A DNA stretch of 64,000 nucleotides from Planctomycetota bacterium. GTDB lineage: Bacteria > Planctomycetota > SZUA-567 > H5-PLA8. A program made the translations under genes and the position numbers. The stretch lies in NCBI GenBank assembly GCA_038227875.1, contig JBBRPR010000002.1:1-64000 (forward strand). The letters run 5' to 3'. Positions 40,372-51,020 of this stretch are shown piece after piece. The notes under the pieces are model-generated. The model was not told where the DNA came from. It saw nothing but the letters and a program-made list of their open reading frames with translations, and made no database searches. The stretch's first letter is position 1, and every line of letters begins with the position of its first letter.

Positions 40372-42729
40372 ATGCATCGATTTTCTGCGGCCGGAGTCCT
40401 GGCGATCTGGATTGGCGCGCTGATGTTCAGCTGCACGGCACAGGACGAGACGCTCGTCCCCGAAATCGGCGGGCCGAATCTCGTCGCCAACGGCGACTTC
40501 GACGTTCCGGGCGACGGCGTAAAGTGCCCGTTCTCATCGTGGACGGGCCGTTCGGGGCAGGGTGGGCAATATACATTCAAATTAGTCGCCGGCCGCACGG
40601 TCAAGGCGGCGCAGATCGAAGGCACGGTCGCCGGTCGTGGCGACATTCACACCACCGACGGCTTCACCGTCCCCGCCGGAGAAACAGTGCGACTGCGCTT
40701 CTGGTCGCGCGCCGAAAATATGAAGGGCGGCGCGTTCGTCAATCTCGAAGGCGAACCCAACGACGACGGCTGGTTCAAGCTCAACATCGACCCGTCCGCC
40801 GATTGGAAGCTTCACGAAGTCCGCGTCAAAGTGCCGAAGGGCGCGAAGGGCCAGCTCACGCCGCGCATCTCGCTCTGGATCTATCACTTCGGCACCGGTT
40901 CACTGTTCATCGACGATCTTTCACTCTGCGTCGTCAAGCCCGACCCCGCGGGCGTGGCGCGGCAGGAGCTCGATCGTCTGCGCGTCTGGCTCCACAGTGC
41001 CACGGACGCGAAATCGAAAGCCGACGCCGCATCGCTGAACGCGCGCCTGGACGCCGCGCTCGCGGATCCGAAACCCGAGACCGTTGAGCCGCTACGCAAG
41101 GACGTGCTCGCTGCCATCGGTGCCGGTCAGGGCAGCGATGGCAGTTTCGCCGTCGGCGTGGCGACGTCGCTCGAAAAAGTTTTTCTCGACGAGCCCTACC
41201 GCGGCGCAATCGCACCCGCGCTACAGCTGTCGCTGGCGCGCAACGAATCTGAAAGCGCTCAGGCCATCATCATTTCCACGGGCAAGGAACTGAGCGGGCT
41301 TACAGTCGAGATCGCCGGCGATCTTACGAACGAGAAGGCAGCGACCTTGCCCAAGTCGCAGGTGCAGTTCAATCTCGTCGGTTACGTGGACACGTCCAAA
41401 GGCCAGCGCCCGTACCAGTCGTCGAAGCTGGGCTGGTGGCCGGACCCGCTGCTGCCCAACGCACCCTTCACCGTGAAGGCCGGAGAACTGCAGCCCATCT
41501 GGATCACCGTGACGACCACGGCTCAGAATGTGCCGGGCACATTCAACGGCAAAGTATTGATCAAATCCGCTGGCACGATTAGAGCAACCTTGCCGCTGGT
41601 GGTCGAAGTCTTCAACGTGACGCTGCCGCAAAAACCGGTGTTCGCCACCTTTGCGCTCGGCGCGTCGCCGGACGTCGTGGCGAAATTTTATGGCGGCGAT
41701 CCCGGCGAGAAAATCATGGAACGCTTCGCCGTCCTCGCCGCTCAGCGCCACCTGCCTCCCGTGGGTCTGCTCAATGGCTGGAACTGGAAGGCGCCGAAGT
41801 ATCCCAACAAACCCGACGGCAGTTTCGACTTCGCGCGCCTGGACCGCTGGATCGATGTCCTTAAGTCCAACGGACTGACGCGCTTTCCCATCGCCGTGGC
41901 GCCGCGTTTCAAGAAATTCGGCGGCGGCGAATACTCCAGCGACTTCAAACGGGAACTCGGAGCATTCGTTCACGCCTATGCCGAACACCTGAAGGAAAAG
42001 CAGGTGTTCGACGGCGCGCTCTTTTACAACATCGACGAGGCCAGCGAAGGTCTGGGAGAATGGGAAGTCTGCAAGGCGCTTCACGCCACGGTCAAACTGG
42101 AGGCGCCTGGGCTGCCCGTCGTCCAGTGTCTCAACGAATTCAAAGGCGTCACGGCCCTCGCCGGCCACGCCGACATCTGGGATCTCTACTTCGGCCAGTA
42201 CGATCAGGCTGGCGGTCCGGCACGGCAGAAAGCCGGCGACGCCATTTTTCTCTCCGTCTGCGTCTGGCCCAGCGAGCATCCGAATCTGTTCATTGAATAC
42301 CCGGCCCTCGACGCGCGCATCATGCCGTGGATCTGCCAGCGCATGGGCGCGAAAGGTTCGGAATACTGGGACCTCTTCGCTGGCTGGAATGAAAACGCCG
42401 CCAACCCCGATTGGTGGAAATCCGGCGACGGCACGCGCACCGCTTGGAAACTCCTCGCGCCCACTGGCGATGGCCTGATGATTTACCCCGGACCCAACGG
42501 CCAGCCGATCTCCTCGATCCGCCTCGAAGCCTACCGCGATGGCGTGGAAGACTACGGCTATCTCTCGCTGCTCGCCGATAGATCAAAAACCGATGCCGCC
42601 GCCGCCGCGCTGCTGAAGGAGGCTACGCATAGCCTGGTCACGGGCGTTACCTCGTACGATCTCGATCCGAAGAAGCTGCTGGGGCTACGCCAACGCATCC
42701 TGCAATGCCTGTCCACGCATGGGGAGTAA
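40372..42729 (+). CDS. Secreted CBM-like plus DUF4091/GH123-like glycoside hydrolase
   Basis: Signal peptide, NLVANGDF, ARNESESAQ, WPDPLLP, IDE, GDGLMIYPG...SIRLEAYRDGVEDY. Confidence 0.7.
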   Translation: MHRFSAAGVLAIWIGALMFSCTAQDETLVPEIGGPNLVANGDFDVPGDGVKCPFSSWTGRSGQGGQYTFKLVAGRTVKAAQIEGTVAGRGDIHTTDGFTVPAGETVRLRFWSRAENMKGGAFVNLEGEPNDDGWFKLNIDPSADWKLHEVRVKVPKGAKGQLTPRISLWIYHFGTGSLFIDDLSLCVVKPDPAGVARQELDRLRVWLHSATDAKSKADAASLNARLDAALADPKPETVEPLRKDVLAAIGAGQGSDGSFAVGVATSLEKVFLDEPYRGAIAPALQLSLARNESESAQAIIISTGKELSGLTVEIAGDLTNEKAATLPKSQVQFNLVGYVDTSKGQRPYQSSKLGWWPDPLLPNAPFTVKAGELQPIWITVTTTAQNVPGTFNGKVLIKSAGTIRATLPLVVEVFNVTLPQKPVFATFALGASPDVVAKFYGGDPGEKIMERFAVLAAQRHLPPVGLLNGWNWKAPKYPNKPDGSFDFARLDRWIDVLKSNGLTRFPIAVAPRFKKFGGGEYSSDFKRELGAFVHAYAEHLKEKQVFDGALFYNIDEASEGLGEWEVCKALHATVKLEAPGLPVVQCLNEFKGVTALAGHADIWDLYFGQYDQAGGPARQKAGDAIFLSVCVWPSEHPNLFIEYPALDARIMPWICQRMGAKGSEYWDLFAGWNENAANPDWWKSGDGTRTAWKLLAPTGDGLMIYPGPNGQPISSIRLEAYRDGVEDYGYLSLLADRSKTDAAAAALLKEATHSLVTGVTSYDLDPKKLLGLRQRILQCLSTHGE

Positions 42730-42923
42730 TATTCGCCCGATCTTAAGCCCTACGGTTTCATTTCGGTAGGCTATGTCTGATTCACGAGTGTAGTCACGCC
42801 GACGCCCCCGTTTAAACGTACCTATACAACGCACACGTTATTCACCTTGGCGCATTAAGTGCGACGGCCTGTTGTCTGGATTCGTGAGACATGTTGCTTG
42901 CACCGAATATGACCGGGGGAGAT

Positions 42924-44699
42924 ATGGCGACTATTATGCAGAACGAGGCGCAACACGAGTGTGTATTTCTGCCTCGCTATGAGCTTGCTATAAAAGGCGC
43001 CGACGATGGGTTGTGGGATTGGGATCTGAAAACAGGCGACCTTTTTCTGTCGTTGCGCTGGAAAAGCCTGTTGAGCTTTACCGATCATGAATTCCAGAAC
43101 AACATCGACCATTGGTTCTCGATGGTTCATCCCGAAGACATCAAACGCCTCTTATCCGCTCTGGAATGTCATATTCAACAGCGCACCAGTCAGGTCCACT
43201 GCGAATACCGCATGTTGAACAAGAATGGAAAATTTCAATGGATGCTCACCCGCGGCATGGCCGCCCGCGACAATGCCGGTGAGGCGTACCGCATGGCCGG
43301 CACTCAAACGGAAATCACCGCCCGCAAGAACATGGAGCTGAAACTCAATCACGATGTCTTCCACGATTCGCTCACCGATCTCCCCAACCGCGCGCTGTTC
43401 ATGGAGCGGTTGAAGCATGCCATGACCCGCATCGGCCGCCGCGATGGCGTGCATATCGCGGTGCTCTTCATCGATCTGGACCGCTTCAAAATCGTCAACG
43501 ACAGCCTCGGGCACAGTGCCGGCGACCAGTTGCTGGTCGAATTTGCGCGCCGCGTCGCGGCCTGTCTGCGCCCCAGCGACACACTCGCGCGGCTGGGCGG
43601 CGATGAATTCTGCGTGATCATCGAAGACATCGTCAACATCGACGAAGCCAATCTCGTCGCCAGCCGGATTCAGGAACAGTTCAAGCAGCCGATCACGGTA
43701 AAAGACAACGACCTGTTCGTCACCGCCAGCATGGGCATCGCGCTGAGCACGCCCAACTACCACAGTTGGGAGGATCTGCTGCGCGACGCCGATATCGCCA
43801 TGTATCGCGCCAAGACCAAGGGGCATTCGTGTTTGGAATCGTTCAACGAGGACATGCACGCGCATGCCAAAACCGTTCTGAATCTCGAAAGCGGCCTTCA
43901 TCACGCCGTCCGGTCCATCTCGGCCACCGCCAGTGGCCTGCACCGCGCCGTCGAGTCGAAGGAATTCCAGCTCGACTACCAGCCCATCGTTTCGCTGCCG
44001 ACCGGCCGCATCACCGGTTTTGAAGCGCTGATCCGTTGGCAGCATCCCAAGCGCGGCCGCGTGCTGCCCAACCTCTTCATTCCCATCGCCGAAGAGACGG
44101 AATTGATCGTTCCCATTACGTTCTGGGTCCTGCGCGAAGCCTGCACGCAGATGCTCAACTGGCAGAAGAAGTACCCCAAGCTTGCCACGGTAAGCATGAA
44201 CGTGAACCTCTCGGCAAAGTCCTTTGGGCAGGCCGATCTCATTCCGCAGATCGCCGCCATCCTTCAGGAGACCGGTCTGAAAGGCTCGAGCTTAAAGATC
44301 GAAATCACCGAACGGGTGATCATGAAAAGCTCCAACGCCACCGCCAACGTGCTCTCGGATCTGAAGAGCCTCGGCGTACAACTGTGCCTCGACGATTTCG
44401 GGACGGGCTATTCGTCGCTGAGCTACCTGCACAGTTTCCCGCTGGACGCCGTGAAGATCGACCGCTCGTTTGTCAGTAAATTGAGCAACGAAGAGAGCAA
44501 GACCAAAGGCATCATGCGTGCCATCATGATCCTCGCGCGCAATTTGAAGATGTCAGTCGTCGCCGAAGGCGTTGAAACGATTGAACAGCTCCGCGAACTG
44601 CGTAAACTCAACTGCGATTACGCCCAGGGCTATTTGTTCTCCCGGCCCGTCGAAGCCCCTGTGATTGAGAAGCTGATCGCGACGAACGCGGTCTGGTAG
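42924..44699 (+). CDS. PAS-GGDEF-EAL c-di-GMP enzyme
   Basis: [47 protein letters not shown]. Confidence 0.95.
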   Translation: MATIMQNEAQHECVFLPRYELAIKGADDGLWDWDLKTGDLFLSLRWKSLLSFTDHEFQNNIDHWFSMVHPEDIKRLLSALECHIQQRTSQVHCEYRMLNKNGKFQWMLTRGMAARDNAGEAYRMAGTQTEITARKNMELKLNHDVFHDSLTDLPNRALFMERLKHAMTRIGRRDGVHIAVLFIDLDRFKIVNDSLGHSAGDQLLVEFARRVAACLRPSDTLARLGGDEFCVIIEDIVNIDEANLVASRIQEQFKQPITVKDNDLFVTASMGIALSTPNYHSWEDLLRDADIAMYRAKTKGHSCLESFNEDMHAHAKTVLNLESGLHHAVRSISATASGLHRAVESKEFQLDYQPIVSLPTGRITGFEALIRWQHPKRGRVLPNLFIPIAEETELIVPITFWVLREACTQMLNWQKKYPKLATVSMNVNLSAKSFGQADLIPQIAAILQETGLKGSSLKIEITERVIMKSSNATANVLSDLKSLGVQLCLDDFGTGYSSLSYLHSFPLDAVKIDRSFVSKLSNEESKTKGIMRAIMILARNLKMSVVAEGVETIEQLRELRKLNCDYAQGYLFSRPVEAPVIEKLIATNAVW

Positions 44700-44706
44700 G
44701 TTCTCG

Positions 44707-46287
44707 TCATTTCGGCCAGGCATTCAAGCGGATCACGCGAATGTGCTTGGTCGTCCACGAGACCCCGCTCGCGTCGCCGATGCTCTTTGCAAAAATGTGG
44801 AGCACCAGACCGTTGATCGTGTCGGCACCGGATCCGGGTTGGCTGTACGAAATTTTTTCGTCCATCGTGTACTGCGCCAGTTTGCCCGTGCGGTCGACGA
44901 TGAAGCGGTTCACGGCGTTGTTGGATGTCGTGGTCTCCGTTTTTTCCGTCCCCGGACCTCCCGAAGCCAAATGCTCCATCGGACCGTTCGGCACCCGCCG
45001 GGCCTGGGTGAACAGGGCCAGCTGATGGCCGTGGCCATCCAATAGTTCGATGCCAACTTCGTACGCGCCGGTGAAACTCATTTCGTTATCCAGATCGATT
45101 TCGACCGGTCGCTCATCCAGTGCGATCACTTTTGAAAACAGTCCGACTTCCGGAAACAGCCGCTCGTGCGTGAGCAGCCGGGTGGCCTGGTTGCCACCGG
45201 ACATCATGTTGAGCTTCGACTGATCGATCTGCCAGATCGTGTAGCCCAGCTTCGGCGGCGGATAAACGCGCGCCCAGAATTTATCCAGCTCCGGCTTTTC
45301 GAACCGGTCTTCGTAAATCAACGCTAACTCGCGCACCGGCGGCGTCGCTTCAGCCGGAGTTTGCGGCGAAGCGATCGGCATCGCGACGGATTGCGTTTGC
45401 AGCGGCGAGGCAGCCGGCGCATTTGCGGACGTATTCACGGCCGTGTACGCCAGCAGTCCCAGGATCACCACCAGCGCGGCCGCGCCCGATGCGATCAGCG
45501 CCTTCGAAAGCGGCGCGGGGCCCTTCGGCACCAGCCGCATGCTCTGAGCGGCGTGGTTTGGCAACTTCAATAATTTTTCGTGGCAGCGCGCCAGCAGCGG
45601 GCCGTCTTCCGTGGCCAGTTTCATCGCCAGTAGCACCGCCCACGACGCGGGCAGCGCGGAGTATCCGGCCTTGCGCAGACCATTGCGCAAATAGTCTAGC
45701 GCTTCGTTGATGCGCGTCGAGACGGTCACCTGGCTGCAATGAAGTTCCGCGGCGATCTCCGTCTGCGGCAGGTTGGCGGAAAAATAGAGCGCGATGGGGA
45801 CGCGCAGTTTTTCGGGCAGTTCGCGCACCAGCTCGGCGACCTTCTGACGCGCTTCTTCCATCTGCGCGGAATCCTCGGCGGCGGTCCCGCCCGCTCCGCC
45901 GGTTCGTTCGCTCTCTGTCTGCATGCGTTGAATCTCGCGCCTTTCACTCCTGCGTTTGGTATTGATGTGAATGGCCTTGCGTGCGACGACCGTGGCAAGC
46001 CAGCCGGCGATGCTGCTTTTGCGCAGGCTTTTCTTGCGCACGGCGCGGAAGAAACTCAAAAAAGCTTCCTGCACGATCTCTTCCGCGTCGTTGGGTCCGG
46101 CCATGTGCCGCGCCAGCCCGAACACCCGGCGCTCATGCCGTTCGACCAGCGTGCGCCACGCCTCCAGAAACGCCGGGTCGTCACACGACTCCGCCGCGGA
46201 GAGAATGTGGATCAACTCCGCATCGCCGCGTCCGGTTTCGGCCGCGACCGAAGCTTCGGTCAGGTGTGTGTCGCCCATTTCAGTCAT
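44707..46287 (-). CDS. ECF sigma factor with TM helix and C-terminal extension
   Basis: DAEEIVQEAF...WL; LPEKLRVPIALY...EIAAEL...TVSTRI; TM AAALVVILGLLAY. Confidence 0.85.
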   Translation of the reverse strand: MTEMGDTHLTEASVAAETGRGDAELIHILSAAESCDDPAFLEAWRTLVERHERRVFGLARHMAGPNDAEEIVQEAFLSFFRAVRKKSLRKSSIAGWLATVVARKAIHINTKRRSERREIQRMQTESERTGGAGGTAAEDSAQMEEARQKVAELVRELPEKLRVPIALYFSANLPQTEIAAELHCSQVTVSTRINEALDYLRNGLRKAGYSALPASWAVLLAMKLATEDGPLLARCHEKLLKLPNHAAQSMRLVPKGPAPLSKALIASGAAALVVILGLLAYTAVNTSANAPAASPLQTQSVAMPIASPQTPAEATPPVRELALIYEDRFEKPELDKFWARVYPPPKLGYTIWQIDQSKLNMMSGGNQATRLLTHERLFPEVGLFSKVIALDERPVEIDLDNEMSFTGAYEVGIELLDGHGHQLALFTQARRVPNGPMEHLASGGPGTEKTETTTSNNAVNRFIVDRTGKLAQYTMDEKISYSQPGSGADTINGLVLHIFAKSIGDASGVSWTTKHIRVIRLNAWPK

Positions 46288-46657
46288 CCGTTTACTGGAG
46301 CACGTTCGCGCCAACAAAAGGGTAGTGTGGACTTCTCTTCTCGTTAACGGAGGAATTTGGAAGAATTCGAAGATTTAGTTATCTGAGCCTTAAACCGGCA
46401 GAAACTTCCCGCGCATGTTGGGTTTTAACCAGGGCACCAATTGGTGCCCAGGTAGCCTTGCCTACCCCCAAGCCCCGGGGCCTGAGGGTACCTCCCAAAT
46501 TGTTTTCAGATTCCGTTGGTAAAGAAAATTCTCATCCGGATAGGTAGGTGAGAAACGGCGGACGCGCCAAGTCAGGCGGATCAAAGTGGGGCAAGTCATG
46601 CTAAGATTCCCAGCTGAGACGCAAACCCGGCGCGCGCCGCCTATACAGGCACAGGGC

Positions 46658-48106
46658 ATGGCCATCGAACTCAGCGACGACGAACTGCTCGTGAGTATCG
46701 CGCAGGAACGCAGCCAGGAAGCGTTTGCGGAGCTGCACCGCCGTTACGCGCACCTCTGTTTCAACGTGGCGCTCAACACCACCGGAAACCGTTCGCTGGC
46801 CGAAGAGGCGCTCCAGGAAGCGCTCCTGCAAATCTGGCTTTCGGCCGGGTCGTATCAACCCGGCAACGCCCGCGGCTGGATTCTCCGGATCGTCGCGCAC
46901 GAAAGTCTGGATCTGGTTCAGACGCAGCAAAAAGGAAAAAAACGGATGGAGGCGGAGATCTCCCGAAACGAATCGAGCGGCTCTGCGGGCATCGCGGAAC
47001 ACGCCGAACACGGCGAGTTGCTGAATGCGCTGCGCCGGGTCCTGCACGACCTTCCCGCGCGCGACCGCCAACTGGTCGCGCTTCATTTTGGAGCGGGGCT
47101 GACGCAGCAGGAAATCAGCGCCGCGCTGGTGATGCCGCAGCAGACGATCTCGTTCAAAATCAAGAAGGTCCTCGACGATCTGCGCGGCCGGCTGGCGGTT
47201 GCCGGCTTTGCCGCCACAGCCCCGCTGCTCTCCGCCGAATGGATGAGCGAAGCGATCTGCAGCGGCGTGCCCGAACCGCAGGGTGTGGGCGTCCAGGTGC
47301 TCTCGAAACTCGCCTCAAAGAGTCGCGCCATGCGCAGCGCGCCGAAGCTGGCCAAAGCGGCGAAGGTAGCCGGCATCAGCAAAGGTCTGCTGGTGGGCGG
47401 AGCGGTCCTGATGGCCGGCGCGCTGGCGACAGCCGCATGGTTTGCGACCGCGAAGTCCGCTCCGCAGACGCCGGCTGTCCTCGTGCCGATAGTCCCAGCG
47501 AAGGATGAAATTTCGCAACGCTGGTCGTTCGACGACGGCATCCCGACGGACCTTTCGCCGGCCGACGCAGCGACCCGGAGCAAATGGCAGTGGAAAAAGA
47601 CGGAGGTCGGCGGCGAGTTGGTTTCGCCGGTGCCGGTGGTGCTGAATCTGCCGATCACCGCGCCCAAGCAACCGTTCGCCATCACCGCGCACTTTGATAT
47701 CCAGGAAAGTCCGCACAACGTCTTCAGTGGTGCGTGCTGGAGGGCTGACCACAAGGCTGTGCCCATGCACGAATGGTCGATGACCAAAGACTACACCAAA
47801 AAGGAGCGACCCAAGACGGTCGTGCACACCGTTTACTTTTTTGACCGGACGATCGTCGACATCGTCGATGGTTCTCTGTCAAAAGTGTCGCAAGCCGAGC
47901 AGCCGTATCCGACCGACAAAGTCAGCCTGATCTTCATGAAGTGCGGTCTGTTGGACCTGGAGTACCACACGCTGTCGGAAGCGGAACGCGCGACGCTGGA
48001 CGCCAAGAAACTGATCGACCAGGCCGTTGCCGGTGGCTACGACCAGGCGGATATCCCGGCGCTCGAACTGCGTTCGGACTGGCTGGACGAGAAGAAGAGC
48101 AAGTAA
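46658..48106 (+). CDS. ECF sigma factor with TM helix and C-terminal extension
   Basis: SDDELL, AEEALQEA, GWILRI, LPARDRQLVALHF...QQEIS; TM LLVGGAVLMAGALA. Confidence 0.87.
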   Translation: MAIELSDDELLVSIAQERSQEAFAELHRRYAHLCFNVALNTTGNRSLAEEALQEALLQIWLSAGSYQPGNARGWILRIVAHESLDLVQTQQKGKKRMEAEISRNESSGSAGIAEHAEHGELLNALRRVLHDLPARDRQLVALHFGAGLTQQEISAALVMPQQTISFKIKKVLDDLRGRLAVAGFAATAPLLSAEWMSEAICSGVPEPQGVGVQVLSKLASKSRAMRSAPKLAKAAKVAGISKGLLVGGAVLMAGALATAAWFATAKSAPQTPAVLVPIVPAKDEISQRWSFDDGIPTDLSPADAATRSKWQWKKTEVGGELVSPVPVVLNLPITAPKQPFAITAHFDIQESPHNVFSGACWRADHKAVPMHEWSMTKDYTKKERPKTVVHTVYFFDRTIVDIVDGSLSKVSQAEQPYPTDKVSLIFMKCGLLDLEYHTLSEAERATLDAKKLIDQAVAGGYDQADIPALELRSDWLDEKKSK

Positions 48107-48230
48107 ACGCAACTTCAGTGGCTGAATTTTCCGAGCCGTTTTCGGCGCGGTAGGTGGCGCATTGTCGCTGCACAAAGGAAGGTCTGCTTGCTTTTAACCA
48201 TCAGGAAAATTTTCCTTAAGGTTCCGACCG

Positions 48231-48248
48231 TGTTGACCATGGTCAACA
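48231..48248. promoter_or_regulatory. Perfect 18-bp palindrome TGTTGACCATGGTCAACA, copy 2
   Basis: Identical to 21162-21179. Confidence 0.6.
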
Positions 48249-48354
48249 GGGTTCCCGCTCGCTCAACTTTTTCTAAAGATTCTGCCTTTAGCCGTTCGCG
48301 AACCCAGCACTTCCATCTAGAAGCGCACCGAGAGTCGAACCACGGAGGCCAGCC

Positions 48355-49209
48355 ATGCTTTACGCGGAAGACGAGAAGATTTTGGGGTTGAACCGAGTCC
48401 GTCGCCCATCGGCGGTGTCGCAGGCCCTGCGGGCTATTCGGGACGACGTCAGCATTGGCCGCCAATCCTGGCTGGCCGACGGTTACCGCATTCTCGTCGC
48501 CGCCGACCGCGAAACGCGCGAACGCGCGTACACGCTGGCGCACCGCGTCTACCAGCGTGCCGGTTACGTTTCCGAAAGTAGCGAGGAACTCTGTGTCTCG
48601 CCGCACGATGCCTCCGAACACACGCTGACCTTGCTGGCGCTGGATCCCGACGGCAACGATTGCGCGACGATCTCGCTGGTCTTTGATTCGGCCATCCACG
48701 GACTGCCCTGCGATGAAATCTACCGCGCCGAAGCCGACGTTCTGCGCGCCGGCGGCTGCCGCCTGGCCGAAGTCACGCGCCTGGCCATCGACGAATCCTG
48801 CGTAGGCGCCAAGCACCTGCTGCTCCACCTCTTCAACCAATGTTACATCTTCGCGCGCATCGTCCGCGGGCACACCGATCTGCTGGTCGAAGTCAATCCG
48901 CGGCACGTCGCCTACTACAAGCGCCTGCTGCGCTTCTCGGTCGCCGGTCCGGAACGTCCGTGCTCACGCGTTCAAAATGCGCCGGCGCTGCTGCTGCGCT
49001 TAAACTTCGACGAGATCGAAGCAGCCGTAAAAGGCACCGGCTGCACCGGCGGCCGTGGCGCTGACGGCAAACGGTTGCATGCCTATCCGTACTCCAAACC
49101 GGAAGAAGACGCCGTCGCGCGCTTCCTGGCCCGACAGCACCGCCCCATGTCCGCCGAAGACGCGCGCTACTTCCGCCTGCAGAGTCTGTCCAAGGAGTCT
49201 CGCCAGTGA
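48355..49209 (+). CDS. FeeM-like long-chain N-acyl amino acid synthase (GNAT fold)
   Basis: AYTLAHRVYQRAGY, TISLVFDS..GLPCDEIY, LAEVTRLA, LLVEVNPRHVAYYKRLLRF. Confidence 0.8.
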   Translation: MLYAEDEKILGLNRVRRPSAVSQALRAIRDDVSIGRQSWLADGYRILVAADRETRERAYTLAHRVYQRAGYVSESSEELCVSPHDASEHTLTLLALDPDGNDCATISLVFDSAIHGLPCDEIYRAEADVLRAGGCRLAEVTRLAIDESCVGAKHLLLHLFNQCYIFARIVRGHTDLLVEVNPRHVAYYKRLLRFSVAGPERPCSRVQNAPALLLRLNFDEIEAAVKGTGCTGGRGADGKRLHAYPYSKPEEDAVARFLARQHRPMSAEDARYFRLQSLSKESRQ

Positions 49210-50858
49210 GCATCGAACTCTGCGTCGCTCCGGCCTGCGAACTGGACACCGCGATTGCCGCCTGGCGTGAACTGCTGGGAGATTCCGGCGTCACGGCTGG
49301 AAGCACGTACCGCGCCAACACTGCGGGGATAGAGCGGGAGATTCCCGCCGTGGTGATTCCGCGCAGCGCCGCGGATGTGGCCGACATCGTCCGCATTGCC
49401 GCGGGGCACCGCGTGCCGCTCTATCCGATCAGCACGGGAAAAAATTGGGGCTATGGCTGCGCCAATCCGGTCACCGACGGCTGCGCGCTCGTGGACCTTT
49501 CGCGTCTGAATAAAATTCTCAACTTCGATGCCGAACTGGGCCTGCTCACCGTCCAGCCCGGCGTCACGCAGCGCGTGCTCAAAGAATTCCTCGACGCCAA
49601 CAAGCTCCCGTTCCTGGTGCCGACCACCGGAGCCGGACCCGATGCCAGTCTGCTCGGCAACGCGATGGAACGCGGCTACGGTTTGACGCCGCACGCCGAT
49701 CACTTCGGCGCCGTGATGTCGCTAGAAGCGGTGCTGCCCAACGGCGAACTCTACCGCTCCGCGCTGACGGAAGCCGGCGGCGCGTCCGTCGACAATGCGT
49801 TCAAGTGGGGTTTGGGACCATACCTCGATGGCCTCTTCACGCAGGGCAATTTCGGCATCGTCACGCAGATTACGATTGCGTTGGCGCCCGTGCCCGAGCG
49901 CATCGAAGCGTTTTTCTTCTCCGTCGAAAAGTCTGAGCAGCTCGAAGAAGCCGTCACCGCCGTGCGCCGGATTTTGAATACCGTCGGCGGCGTCACCGGC
50001 TCGCTGAACCTGATGAACGCGCGTCGGGTGCTCTCGATGGTTGAAGCCTATCCCGCCTCGCGCGTGCCCTGCGGCGGTGTGATGCCCGATCCACTCGTGC
50101 GCGAACTTGCCGCGCGGAATCAGGTCATGGCGTGGACCGGCGTCGGGGCGCTGTACGGCACGAAGCAAGTTGTGCGCGCCGCGCGGTCGGAAATCCGCCG
50201 CGCGCTCCGGCCGTTCGCTCGCAACGTGATCTTTCTGACGCAGAGCGAAGTCCGCACGGCGCAGAAAGTCGTGAGCTGGATTCCGCTGCTGCGCGATTCG
50301 CGCGTGGCGAAAATGCTGCAGCGCATCGACGGATTTCTCGACAACGCGTCCGGCCAGCCCAGCGAGATCGCACTGCCGCTGGCGTATTGGAAATCGGGAA
50401 CGCTGCCCCAAAAAGGCACGCCGCTCAATCCTGCTCGCGACGGTTGCGGACTGCTCTGGTACGCGCCGCTGATTCCGATGAAAGCCGAGCGCGTCCGCGC
50501 GTACGTGGAACTGGTCACACGCATCTGCGTTGAACACGGGATGGAACCGCTGATCACGCTGACCAGTCTTTCCAACCGCTGCTTCGACAGCACCGTGCCG
50601 CTGCTTTACAACAAAGACAACCCCGACGAATCCGCGCGCGCCCACGCCTGCTTTGACGCGCTCTTCCGCGCCGGCCAGGCCGAAGGCTTCCTGCCCTACC
50701 GGATGGGCGTGCAGTCGATGCATCACGTCGTCGACGCGGATAAGCCGTGCTGGAAACTGAGCGCAGCGATCAAGCATGCGATCGATCCCGATAACGTCAT
50801 CGCACCGGGGAGATACGCCGAAGTGAGAGCGGGTAGAAGGCAGGGGCAGGGGCAGTAG
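49206..50858 (+). CDS. FAD-linked oxidoreductase, VAO/p-cresol methylhydroxylase family (FeeG-like)
   Basis: PISTGKNWGYG, VQPGVT, LLGNAMERGYG, GPYLDGLFTQGNFGIVT, PYR, IDPDNVIAPGRY. Confidence 0.85.
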   Translation: MSIELCVAPACELDTAIAAWRELLGDSGVTAGSTYRANTAGIEREIPAVVIPRSAADVADIVRIAAGHRVPLYPISTGKNWGYGCANPVTDGCALVDLSRLNKILNFDAELGLLTVQPGVTQRVLKEFLDANKLPFLVPTTGAGPDASLLGNAMERGYGLTPHADHFGAVMSLEAVLPNGELYRSALTEAGGASVDNAFKWGLGPYLDGLFTQGNFGIVTQITIALAPVPERIEAFFFSVEKSEQLEEAVTAVRRILNTVGGVTGSLNLMNARRVLSMVEAYPASRVPCGGVMPDPLVRELAARNQVMAWTGVGALYGTKQVVRAARSEIRRALRPFARNVIFLTQSEVRTAQKVVSWIPLLRDSRVAKMLQRIDGFLDNASGQPSEIALPLAYWKSGTLPQKGTPLNPARDGCGLLWYAPLIPMKAERVRAYVELVTRICVEHGMEPLITLTSLSNRCFDSTVPLLYNKDNPDESARAHACFDALFRAGQAEGFLPYRMGVQSMHHVVDADKPCWKLSAAIKHAIDPDNVIAPGRYAEVRAGRRQGQGQ

Positions 50859-51020
50859 GCGGCAGGAGTTGTGTCGCGAAATTCCTACCTTATATTGATG
50901 CTGTTCCACCTTATTAAGAAAGAAATTGACCGCGCGGAGGAACAAGGTGATAGTCACTTGTTCAGGACCGCACATGCGCGGGCAGTTGGCCTCATCTGAT
51001 CCAAACCTGGATCTGCTCCG

